Source: Callorhinchus milii
Lineage: Eukaryota
Direction of reading: 5' to 3'
DNA: 64,000 nucleotides
NCBI RefSeq assembly: GCF_018977255.1
Contig: NW_024704742.1
Location: 55,368,001 to 55,432,000, forward strand
Position numbers and translations under genes: made by a program. The notes beneath the pieces were generated by a model. That model had not been told where the DNA came from and made no database searches. It worked only from the letters and a program-made list of their open reading frames with translations. Every line of letters begins with the position of its first letter. The first letter of the stretch is position 1. This document shows positions 25,770 to 36,682 of the stretch, piece by piece.

Positions 25770-26205
25770 CATGCCATGACCCATTCTACCTTCCCCCAGC
25801 TCCGCAACATCGCCTGGCTCCTTCACTGCCTCACCCTTCAGGCCGCTGAAACCCTCATCCATGCATTGCTCCTTCCTACCTCTGTGAACCTGGTAACCCC
25901 ATATCAACTTGTCTGGTCCCTCTGCTCAGCAAGAGCAGCAGCAGCAGCCTTCTCCATGTCCGCCGCCCGGCCCACCCACCATCGACGGTCAGGTCTTCAG
26001 CCTCTCTACTCCCAACCTTTGGAACTCCATCCCATATTCCCTGTGCCTCGTTCACTCCATCCTTTTTGACAACACCTTTGGGCGCCCTCCTACCCTCCCA
26101 GACCCCAATTCTCATGCTTGGGTCCAAATCCCTGACTGTCCAGCACCTTGTGATGTCCTCCTGATGTGAAAGGCACTATACAAATGTTATTTTGTATTGC
26201 ATTGT
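25770..26205 (+). mobile_element. L2-A, internally deleted
   Basis: LRNIA..AAETLIHA, then PNLWNSIP and the 3' stem-loop; short (CAG)n near the deletion. Confidence 0.85.
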
Positions 26206-27083
26206 GTAGCATTTCACTACCAGTCACAGAAAGGCTGCTTCAGACACTGCCTCAATCATGCCATTGGTCAGATTAGCATCAAGTAGTCTTTGATGTGCTA
26301 TTTCAGAACAATGTACTGCACAGACATAAAGCTCCTCCTCCCATTTATTACAATAGGAAATGAAGGAGCCTTAATTTGGGATCATTTGTTGATAGTTGAA
26401 GTTAGCGAGTTTGGCTCAATTGCCTAACTTTCTCCTCATTGCCTAACCAACAATTTATTTCTGCATAGCTGGTTGTGGGAACTTGTTTGTGCAAATGACT
26501 GCTGCATGTGTCCACAAAAAAACACAATATCTTTTGAGATATTTATATGCTCTAAAATATTGCAAAACTGCATTTTTAAAAAAAATCCAATTATCTTACC
26601 ATGTTGCCTCAAATGAGTTTAATTGGAGTTTGGGGAGTATGATTATTATTTGGACAATAAATAGTTATGCTGCTGTGGGCTAGTATCCAAAATTATATTA
26701 TAAAGCTCACTGAAAGCTGCTTATATCTGTCTGAGAGACTTGTTTTATTGGCATCCAGTAAATGAATAAGCAGGATACAATTCATCAGTTTATAAACTTA
26801 TTGAATTAGATTGTAAAACCATTGGCAATGGTTAGTCTTCTTCTATCTATCTTCTTCTATACTAATAAAACAATAATGTCTGTCTGCGCTTCAAGAAGGA
26901 TCTCAATAACTGATTGTCGTAGAGACATGATTTACATCTCATCGGAAAGGTCTTGCATCTGGGATTGACATGGGTATGTTTGTTTTGGGGTATCTCTTAT
27001 TGTTCATGAGTTATTTGCAGTTTTGTATTTTTTGCTGCAGTTACACCTGGTGGCCGCTGAGTCAAAGTGTCACTGTGGCATTT

Positions 27084-27418
27084 GGAGTCCTGTAGCTCAG
27101 TGGTTGGAGCACTCACCTTACAAGCGAGACACCTGGGTTCAATTCCAGGCAGAGGGCGAAACCTTGGGCAAGTTTCCTTACTCCACACGCCTAATAATAA
27201 TCCCTCCAAAACCAAAAACAATAATAAATTGGTCATTTTCAATCCACGACTTTTTGTGGGACACTGCTGTGTGCAATTGGCTGCCGCATTTTGTCCACAA
27301 AATATACAGTCAATTCACTTTACAGCATATTCTGTGAAGCGTTTTGAGATGCCTAGAAGATGTGAACAGCGCTATATCAAATGCAAGGATTGTTATTGTT
27401 AGCATTATTATTATTATT
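27084..27418 (+). mobile_element. SINE family A, short form, full length
   Basis: GGAGTCCTGTAGCTCAGTGG head, GGTTCAATTCC B-box, (ATT)n tail. Confidence 0.92.
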
Positions 27419-27859
27419 GTGCGTCACAGAAGACCTACGTATGCATACATTGCAGTTACACCTGGTGGCCGTCACAGAACATGCATGTAGCCAAGCGATG
27501 GGAACAAATAAAGAACACAGACGAAGCTAAGCCACAGCATCAACAACAAAATTACATTTTTAAAGCACCGAGTGCTCCCACTCAGTCCTCCAAGATGAAT
27601 ACAGATGAAATATCTGTCTGTGTGTCTGTCTGTGTGTCAATCTACATTCCATATTGGATCCTTTGGTTGCAAGCATAGCTGCAATGGGTACAGCTAGTTT
27701 AATATAAAGTACTTCCTACTTCTTTTAAAACTCTGACTAACTTCCATTACATACAATACCATTTTTTATCTCATTTTAGTAGAGACCCCAGGAAATACCT
27801 GAGTATTCAGGTTGTTTGAATTTCGATTGATTTGTTATGGAGCTCGTAACAGTGACAAG

Positions 27860-28205
27860 CAGAGTGAATAATTTTGCTGTTTTTGGCAATGGGTTAGAGC
27901 CAAAGGGGGGAATAGGATGAATAAGAACAGGCAGTAAAATTACAGTGCAGTCTCCTTGTATTTCATCCAAGTTTTCAGTGGAAGGAATGGAATATATGGA
28001 ACTGTCTCCCTAGGGAGACAGTGGAAGCAGAAAGTGTTCATTCTTCAAAAGCAAATTAGATAGATTTCTTTTAGGAAATAATATCTTGGGATATGGTATA
28101 TAGTTTGGGACATGACATGTGCATTCGACCTCCAAGATGGTGAAACTCAAACTGGATGGACCTTGGTCTTCTTTCATCTAGCAATTCTTATGTTCTTATG
28201 TTCTT
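27860..28205 (+). mobile_element. CR1 LINE 3' end, older family
   Basis: TTCAAAAGCAAATTAGATAGATTTC; GATGGACCTTGGTC; (TTCTTATG)n tail. Confidence 0.75.
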
Positions 28206-28369
28206 GAGGATTCAGATTTTTGTTTCAGTATCCCTTGTGTTCCAGCAGCATTTTGTCTCTACTGGGGGGGTCAAACAGTATTGGAAACAAAAAAAATGTT
28301 TACTCTTTGTTTATTTTGGGGATGAAGGCAATGCTCTTTCAAAGTATAAGCCAAACCAATTGGATCGCC

Positions 28370-28600
28370 CCCCCTTCATGATCAACACCTCTGATCTCAT
28401 CATCCCTTGTCCTTCACCTATTTTTTTCCTTAGTCTTTCTTTCCCTGTCCACTTCTCTGCTTGTCCTTATAAACTGCTCCCTTCCAACATCCCTCAGGTT
28501 CTGACAAAAGGTCATCGATCTGAAATGTTAACTCATTTTCCTTTCTTTATAGATGCTGCCTGACCTGCTGTGTGTTCCGAGTGCCTTCTGTTTTCAGTTT
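28370..28600 (+). mobile_element. Penelope-like element terminal repeat remnant
   Basis: CTGACAAAAGGTCATCGATCTGAAATGTTAAC..AGATGCTGCCTGACCTGCTG resembles the chondrichthyan PLE terminal repeat as recalled; second copy at 32035-32125. Confidence 0.65.
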
Positions 28601-29486
28601 TGAATTAACCACGTTCTCGTTGGAATGCCCCCTTTGGAATACCCCCCACCATAACACACATTTGAGTGTAGACTTGCTTAGAGATGTGGATACCAGTGAT
28701 GACTTAGATGGCTTCCTGCACTAAAAAATGTTCGACTTCCAGGTTGTCAGCTTGCCATGGACACCACTTCCTGTGCATTGTGTTTGGGTGATGTCCCAAT
28801 CAATAAGGCCCTTCCTGGATTTGGGTTTTAAAGCTATTTGTAATAGCCAGTGAACTCCATTGTGAAAACTATCTGGAGAAGTGTCTTCAGGGAGACCTTC
28901 AGGAGAAAACACTCCTGCACAGCATTAATACAGAGGGTGCAAATCACACACAACCCATTTTCCCCATGCTCCGTTCAAAGCTTTGAACAAACCATTTTTT
29001 AACAGTAAGATGAAGGTAGTCATGTGATGGTAAATTAGTAACATTCAAAACCATTCCATTTTAATGTGTTTGTGTTGCACTGAAGAATTTCAAAATCAGA
29101 TGATCTTTTTTGGGGGGCCCCATTAGATGCAGTAAGCCTACATTTTGCTACTCACTCTCCTTTGCTGTACTGTCAGCTGTGAAGAAATAGAAAAGCAGGT
29201 TAAGAAATGTTTCCAGATGATGTACAAGCGGTTTCTCATTTTTTGTGTCTGTGATTTATTTTCCCCTGAGGCAAAGGATGTTCACCTAGAAGTAAATAAG
29301 AACACGGTAGTTAGTCGATTGGTTGATTGCTTTTCCGGGGATAATAATTCCTTCAAAAAAAATATTGATAACCCCACTGCCCTAGCCCAAGTGTTGAGTT
29401 GAAGACAATCTCTACCATTAATGAGAGCCAAAATCTAGCATATTGCTTCAGTTTAAAGTGCCAGCTTGTCTGATATTCTAATTCAT

Positions 29487-29848
29487 GGAGTCCTGTAGCT
29501 CAGTGGTTAGAGCACTTGCCTTCCAAGCGAGAGGACCTGTGTTTGATTCCTGGCAGGTCAAAATGTTGGCCAAGTTTCCTTACTCCACACGCCTCTGTTC
29601 ACCTAGCAGTAAATAAGAGCCCGGTAGTTAGTCGATTGGCGGATTGCTTTTCCGGGGGTAATAATCCCTTGAAAAAAAATAATAATGATAATTTGTTCAC
29701 TTAATCCATGCTGTTTGCAATTGGCTGCTGCTTTTCGCCCACAAAATATAGTCAATTCACTTTACAGTGTATTCTGTGAAGTGCTTTGAGACGTCTTAAA
29801 GACATGATAAAATGTGATTGCTACATCAACTGCAAGGATTATTATTAT
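29487..29848 (+). mobile_element. SINE family A, long form, full length
   Basis: tRNA head, core, 65-bp segment at 29594-29658, and tail. Confidence 0.92.
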
Positions 29849-30179
29849 ATGGCTGTAGAAATAGATGAAGCAAGTGCTTGCCAATAGCTGACTGTACTAT
29901 TGCCTTGTTTATACTGCTGGAGGAGTAGTGTTATTCCTTACAGCAGTAAAGTGATTACGAGCTACAAATTCTGCTTTCAATTCTTAATTACATTGGTCAA
30001 TGTTGAGGTGAGTTCTGCTGTTATTCAGGGTGCCTAAGCATTTGATCAGAATACTATCAACTTTTATTTTTTTAAATGTTACTAAAGAGCCAGCATTAAA
30101 ATAATGGCCTTTTCAAATTTGGGAGGTAAAAATAATCCTGTGTTAATAATGTTCCATATGCTTCCAAGGCAATTGTTGT

Positions 30180-30545
30180 CAAGTGTAATGATTGTGCATT
30201 TGTAGGCAAAAGTTGTCCACAAGGTGAGATCTCACAAACAACCATAGCCTATTTTTTCTGGAGGATTGTTGGTCAAGAAACTCCCTTTTCTCTTCTCTTT
30301 GTTGATCAAGAAACTCCCTTCTCTTTTCAAACACTGACATGGGATCTTTAACATCACACATTGACACAATGGGCAGAATTGTCTTCTTCTGTGCTGTAAG
30401 TTTTTACAAAAAGGGAGAAGGGCTTTTGGTTTCAAATGTCTTCTAAAGAAATTGCATCTCTGATAATGCAGCTCTGGACTGTGAACTTACATCCTGACAT
30501 GAGGGCTCGAATTCACAACCTTCTCATTCAAAGGTGAGATTGCTA
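30180..30545 (-). mobile_element. Deu-domain SINE, old, with internal duplication
   Basis: CATGGGATCTTTAACAT and CACAACCTTCT; TCAAGAAACTCCCTT is duplicated. Confidence 0.7.
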
Positions 30546-30625
30546 TCAAGATGATATCTAATTGTAATTCAGAAGTACATTTCAGAATGGAGCAGAAATT
30601 CATTCATACTGGCTTTGCATATGCG

Positions 30626-30724
30626 CAGGGATAGCCGACTTGTGGCCTGCGGGCTGCATTATGCACGCATACAATAGTCACGTGGACCACATGAGGCTCA
30701 TGGCCCGCAAGTTGTCCATCCCTG
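30626..30724. mobile_element. hAT-Charlie-like MITE
   Basis: Imperfect TIRs CAGGGATAGCCGACTTGTGGCC and reverse complement CAGGGATGGACAACTTGCGGGCC; no 8-bp TSD visible. Confidence 0.7.
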
Positions 30725-31059
30725 TACTGAAGCAGTTGATTTGCTGCCAAGCCAAGGTGTTCTCAGGAGCCAGACTATAATGGTGACAATACAAACTATA
30801 TAAACAGCATAGTATAAACAAGTGTTTTAGTGACCAGATGTTTATTTTCCACACATCCAATGTTTCACCTTTAGTTCCCAGTGTTATCACACAGAGTGTT
30901 TCTTCTTCCTTCAATTAGGAGAGTGAGATGATCTTGTCAGCTGATCTCAGGAAGGTCTGACATCTTGTTAGCCTCCTCCAATTCCTGAAGGCACACTCGC
31001 TATTCAGCAAGTTTTGTGAAATGCTCCAGAAATTCATCAGAGATTTGGAGGTATTCAAC

Positions 31060-31550
31060 AAAAACAACAATAACAAGATACATTTATACAGTGCCTTTCA
31101 TTCCAGGAGGTCACTTAAGTGCTTCATTCAGGTGATTGGATACCTGAGTTGAGTTACAGAGGAAAGATGACCAAAAGCAAGGTTGGAAAGAAAGGAAACA
31201 TCTTAAGGGAGGCTTTAAAAGTGCGAACGGAGGCATCGAGGCACAGAAATTCCAGGCTGGAGTTCCAGATAATGGGGACAGAATGATTAGAAGCTTGTCC
31301 ACTGATGGTGTGGCAGATCGAGTGGAAGAAATGAAGCAGTTCGCTAATTGCTGAGCAGAGGGAAAAGCTGCTTTGGTAAGGTGTAGGAGGCCGCAAAGGT
31401 ATTGTGGGGTGAGGCACTGGGGAATTTGAACGTGAGGATAAGAATCTTGAATTCAATGAGAGAATAGGGAGCCAGAGGAGCTAAATGAGAATGAAGGATA
31501 ATAGGCTCCAGTGCGCGACAGGACACGGGTTGCAGAGTTTTGAATGGTAT
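31060..31550 (-). mobile_element. Old L2 3' portion
   Basis: IEFKILILTFK, IWNSSL and FKASLK remnants; (TTG)n tail. Confidence 0.75.
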
Positions 31551-31624
31551 TCATTCAGTGAAGTTAGGTGAGTAGCAGATGGGAGCTGAACTTGAGCTCT
31601 CTCTAATTGGAATCTTATGAAGGC

Positions 31625-31737
31625 TTAGTTGAGGAAGGGCAGGAGGAGGCTCATGTGGAGCATACCACCGGCATAGACCAGTTGGGCCGAATGTCCTGTT
31701 TCTGTGGTATATATTCTAATGTATTCTAATGTATTCT
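31625..31737 (+). mobile_element. CR1 3' UTR
   Basis: GGCTCATGTGGAGCATA..GTTGGGCCGAATG; (ATTCTAATGT)n tail. Confidence 0.8.
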
Positions 31738-32034
31738 GTGATAGTTTCTTCTGGAACCAATGACCCACCTTTTATTGTTTGCTTTCAAATCAGTGCTTTC
31801 TCCACCTGCGTATCTTCTCACAAGTTTAATCGCTTGGATCAAGCTTTGTGATTAATCTGAAGGTGAAGTGCAACAACACCTCAAAGATAATGTTTCCTCT
31901 CTTGGGTCCAATCCTAATGGCCAGTCTCATATCTTTATTCTACACCCCCCTTATCTCATGCATGTGACTGATGAGCAGGATGGTTCTCATCAAAAATTTG
32001 CTAGATAAAGATGAAAAAGGAAAACTTTAAATTA

Positions 32035-32125
32035 AAAATAGAGAATGCTGGTAATTCACAACAGATCGATCAGCATCTGAGAGGTAAACAAGTTAACGTT
32101 TCAACCATGACCCTTGATCAGACCT
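32035..32125 (-). mobile_element. Penelope-like terminal repeat remnant
   Basis: Reverse complement CTGATCAAGGGTCATGGTTGAAACGTTAAC..CAGATGCTG..CCAGCATT, homologous to 28501-28595. Confidence 0.65.
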
Positions 32126-32864
32126 GTCAAAAATTGGCCTATGTTTCTCATTTAATTGTTGAATGGGCTGACATGCACTGCCAGCATCTCGAGATTTTAT
32201 TTCTCCCACTCATTGTTTTCTGTCTGATGCATTCCCCAATTCCTATCTACCTGGTGCAGTTTGAATAGGTGCAGAGCAGACTGCAAAGTTCAGTAGTTGA
32301 ATTACATTGTTATGTAGAGCCAGCAAGAGAAATAGAAGAAAGGAAGGCAGTTGATGTGATGGACAAGGCAATTAAAAAACAAACACAGCATTGTTCTGAA
32401 CTTTAAATGGGATATCTAAATCAGAGTCACATCAGAGCAAATCCTGAGCCAGGGAAACCAGTTATTATATATTATTTCTTCTGGAGACAAGCTTGCCTAA
32501 AACAATGTAAAAGTGGAATAAATCTGTATCTTCAACAGATCCATAATCCATCTACAATTTGTTCAACATAAGAGTGTAAGAAGAGTTAAGAATGATTAAA
32601 AGACATTTGGCCCACAAAGACTCTTTATTTTAAATCTATCCCTATCTCCTCCATCTATCTTAAACAGATAGATCTTTCAGAGAGCTGGCACAGGTACAAT
32701 GAGCCAAATGGTCTCCTTCTGTGCTATAAATTTCTGTGGTTTTATCTTGTTCAATCTCCTGGGGCAAGGTGCTGTTAAATATCTCTTTAACCTGCAGAGT
32801 AATCAAGCAGAACTCCCGAAGATCAGTCGAACCTTCTGTTATTCAGCCTTGACCATACAATATG

Positions 32865-34510
32865 ATATTACATTTGAAAAGCGCCTTTCACGTCAGGAGG
32901 ACATCCCAAGACACTGATCAGTCAGGGATTAGGACCTGAGTGGGGGGCAGGGGGCTGGGGGTTGGGATCTGGAAGGATGGAAGGCAGAGAGTATAGGAGG
33001 GTGGCTGAAGTCATGGTCGAAGAGGAGGATCTTGAGACGTGCCTTGAAGGAGGCAAGGGAGGGAACGAGGAGAAGGGAATGTGAGATGGAGTTCCAGAGG
33101 GTGGGGACAGGGAGGCTGAAGGCTCAACTGCCCTATGGTGGGGTGGGCCGGGTGGGGGACATGAAGCAGGCTGGAGCTTGCTGAGCGGCCGGAGCGGAAA
33201 GGTTGATAAGGGGTTAGCAGTTTGGAGAGGTAGAAAGGGACAAGGTCATGGAGGGATTTGAAGGTGAGGATGACAAATTTGAAGTCGATCCTCTGAGGCA
33301 TGGGGAGCTAGTGGAGCCTGGTGAGGGTGGGTATGAAGAGGTCACAGAACCTGGTGTGAAAGAGGACACAAGCTACAGAGTTCTGGATGATCTGCAGCTT
33401 GTGAAGGGAAGAGTTAGAAAGGCAGACAAACATAGCTAAGCCTGGTTGTAATGAAGGCACGCATGAGGGTTTCGGCAGCCTGAGGGGTGAGGCAGTGGTG
33501 GGGTCGGGTAATGTTGCGGCGGTGGGGAAGGCAGCTTGGGTCATGGAAGAGATGTGGGGGAGAAAGAATAGTTGAGGGTCGAAAAAGATGCTTAGGTTCT
33601 TGACTGGCTCGGTGAGGTGGAGTGTGGAAATGTGGATGCTGATGCTGCCAGTGCCTAAGATATGGAGATGCTGGCGCGAGCCAATCAGGAGTTCCTCGGT
33701 CTTGCTGACGTTCAATGTAGAAGGTTGGTTCTCATCCAGGGCTTGATGTCCGACAGACAGTCTGTCAGACATCAGTGGTCCTGGGGTACAGGGTGGCGGC
33801 AGAGAGATAGAGTTGGATGTCATCCGTATACATGTGGAAGTTGACCCATGTCTCTGAGTGATTTTACCAAGAGGGATCATGTACAGGTTGAAGAGGATAG
33901 AGTCAAGGACAGAGCCCTGAGGAACCCTGAGGAATTTCGAATCAAGAAAAAAAAATTGGTTACTTCAATCCACGACTGTTTGTGGGACATTGCTGTGCGC
34001 AATTGGCTGCCGCGTTTCACCCACAAATATACAGTCAATTCACTTTACAGTATATTCTGTGAAGCGCTTTGAGAAGTCTAGAAGACGTGAAAAGTGTTAT
34101 ATCAAATGCAAGGATGTGGGGTATAGCGGTTAGGATGTGGGGTATGGTGGAAGGTACAGCTGGGTGGTGTGGTCTCAGTCAGGTAGAAGGTGTCGCCTGG
34201 GGTGATTCAGGTTTCAGTGAGGGTCAGGATATCAATATTTTCATCAACAATGATGTGGTTGATGGTGAGAGCTTGTTAGAAAGAAAGCGGACATCCCCAT
34301 AGGGATGGGGGTATTTTGGGGGAAAAGCAGCTCAGGTCGGGGCGGCAGCCAAGATGTGCACACTGAGGCAGGCCATTAGTGCATGCAGATTGGGGGGTGG
34401 GGAAGTGGGCTAGAGGTAGCGCAGATCAGGGATTGGTGGCAGGGCACCAGGTTGCCCAGCCTGGGAGATAACTGAACAGCCTGTAGGGAAAGGCAGAGGA
34501 GAGGAAGAAG
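32865..34510 (-). mobile_element. L2-A with 3' end, RT C-terminal half, endonuclease N-terminus and 5' region; internally deleted
   Basis: PQGSVL and YTDD near 33820-33930; 34190-34295 translates to (N)VRFLSNK..TINHIIVDENIDILTLTET (APE endonuclease start). Confidence 0.85.
33950..34115 (+). mobile_element. SINE family A 3' half, located at the L2 deletion breakpoint
   Basis: AATCCACGACTGTTTGTGGGAC through ATCAAATGCAAGGAT. Confidence 0.9.
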
Positions 34511-34558
34511 GTAAAATAAACTATACTATATCTGATTCCAGGGATTCAAACCTGGTGG

Positions 34559-34609
34559 GCGGAAGTGACGTCACACGGGGAGTTAGGCAGTAAATTGTGA
34601 AATGGCGGC
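34559..34609 (+). promoter_or_regulatory. ETS-CRE composite motif plus YY1 motif
   Basis: GCGGAAGTGACGTCAC at 34559-34574 and AAATGGCGGC at 34600-34609, heading a CpG-rich block of about 390 bp. Confidence 0.55.
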
Positions 34610-35137
34610 TCCACCTGAACCCAATAATGGCCACCACTCGGCCCCTGAGACCTCAGCCCTGCCTATCGCTACTTGCTGGCTCCTGCCGTCCTTGCTCCTG
34701 GAGGCCTCACTACTTCTACTCACCTCTCACACTGACCCGCTCCCGCACTGACCTCGCGAGGGAACAGCTCAGTTTGTCCCCCTGCCACCGCCCCTGGTTA
34801 CCTTCTGCCAACTGAATCTGCTCCGGCCGCTCTACCCGAGTTTCTCTTCTTCTCCCGCTGTTGTTCTCCGAACCTTCAACCCTCACACCCGTCACTGCCG
34901 GCTCGTTCAACCACGTTCTCAGCTCTCGCTCCTCGCGTCCGCTCATAGATAACAAGGTTTTAATACCACTGGAATCATTTTCCGACGCAGACTATTTGAT
35001 CATTTTTCATCTTGTTCTCATTCTGAGATTTGTTGGAAATATCAAATACAAGGAATATTATTTGTTGAGTTTTTGTTCAAGGAGTTAATTGATATGTTGC
35101 TTTCATTTCATGCTTATTCGACATAGGCACAATTCTG

Positions 35138-35463
35138 TAATAATAATAATAATAATAATCCTTGCATTTGATATAGCGCTTTTCACGTCAGGAGGACGTC
35201 CCAAAGCGCTTCACAGAACACACTGTAAAGTGAATTGACTGTATATTTGTGGGCGAACGCGGCAGCCATTTGCGCACAGCAATGTCCCACAAACAGTCAT
35301 AGATTGAAAATGACCAATTTAATTATTGTTTGGGGCTTTTTGGAGGGATTATTATTAGGCGTGTGGAGTAAGGAAACTTGCCCAAGGTTTCGCCCTGCCT
35401 GGAATTGAACTCAGGTCTCTCACTTGCAAAGCAAGTGCTCTAACCACTGAGCTACAGGACTCC
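35138..35463 (-). mobile_element. SINE family A, short form, full length, L2-type loop; young
   Basis: Many intact CpGs; hairpin AGCGCTTTGGGACGTCCTCCTGACGTGAAAAGCGCT; pure (ATT)n tail. Confidence 0.95.
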
Positions 35464-35884
35464 AGGACTACAGGACTGTAGTGCTGGTTGTGGCGAGAAA
35501 TACTTTATCTGATCTTTTGTCTTGTTTGAAGCTTGTCAATGTTACATTGATGGCCTCAGCTCTTATACAAGTTAATTAACCTGGTTACATCAACATTATC
35601 CCTGTGCCTCAGAATTTTAAACACCAGGGCAACAACATCATTACATACCAATCATTCAATAGCAACTTTTCTTTCTGCCTTTCATATTGGTTCACCTAAA
35701 AAATAAAACCCAGTAAATTTGTTCTTTTTAGTGATTGTGATATGAAAGATCCTATGTTGCCATTGAGTATTTTTTCTCCATTGAAGACATGTTCAGTTCC
35801 GTATGTCTTTCATCATGACTTAAACCCAAATTCCTAGACTTGTCCTAGTTAATCTTTGAATTCTTACCAATCCATCAATGTCCT

Positions 35885-36050
35885 TGTAAAAAGAAGGCCA
35901 TTCGGCCCATCATACCTGTGTCGGCTCTTTGAAAAGAAATATCCAAATCAATCCCATTCCCCCACGCTCTCCTCATAACTCTGCAAACTTGTCCTCCCCA
36001 AATAATTATCTACTTCTCTCTTAAAAGTTGTTATCGAATCGACTTGATGA
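35885..36050 (-). mobile_element. CR1 3' end
   Basis: TTFKREVDNYL..GEWD* and GATGGGCCGAATGGCC. Confidence 0.85.
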
Positions 36051-36434
36051 GTTTCCTTTTGAGATAACTGATAGCAAGAAAACAAACAGTAAAACCTAAA
36101 AAAAAGGAAAATATTTTTAAGAGGAGAACGGTGATGACCATTTACCACAATTGGTTGTAAAAGACATATTTCATAACAGATTTGTTGCGCTATGTGTTAA
36201 CATTGAAATTTTAGTTGTTAATTATTGACTGGTCTCTGGTGTGAACAATGTTCATCAGTTTGTCTCAGTTTGTGGCACTCTTGTTTCTGGATCAGAAAGT
36301 CATAAGTTTAAGCCCCATGTTGAGACTTTAAGTTCACAGGTTAGGCTGACATTAAAGATAACATGACTGTTCAAAATGAGAATTAAGTTTCTCTGGCATT
36401 CAGTTCATAGTCGTTTGTGCAAGCCAACTTCCTA

Positions 36435-36618
36435 ATGGGAAGCATGGTCTAATCTGGACAAATCGCAGGAAGCTTGCCAGACAGTGCTCTTAACTAAACT
36501 TTCAGCTGGTTAAACTCCAGCTGTATCGCAACGCTCACTCCGTATCCCCAAGCCTTGGCTCTCACCAACCTGCACCTAATACATTCAGGAACTAAGTATG
36601 CAGGATTCATCCCTCCAG
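36435..36618 (+). repeat. Unclassified ancient repeat, copy 2, lying inside a Deu-SINE (about 36255-36890)
   Basis: Homologous to 16905-17083; Deu-SINE head upstream and Deu 3' part downstream. Confidence 0.7.
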
Positions 36619-36644
36619 AGAGAGAGAGTCTGCATACCATTGCA

Positions 36645-36682
36645 GAAATTGCCATATAAATAGGAAATTGCCATATAAATAG
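36645..36682. repeat. 19-bp perfect tandem duplication
   Basis: GAAATTGCCATATAAATAG twice. Confidence 0.95.

Noticed and set aside
36645..36682. Tandem CArG or MEF2 boxes
   Set aside because: CC-GG spacing is 9 rather than 6 and the MEF2 match is imperfect; kept only as a tandem duplication.
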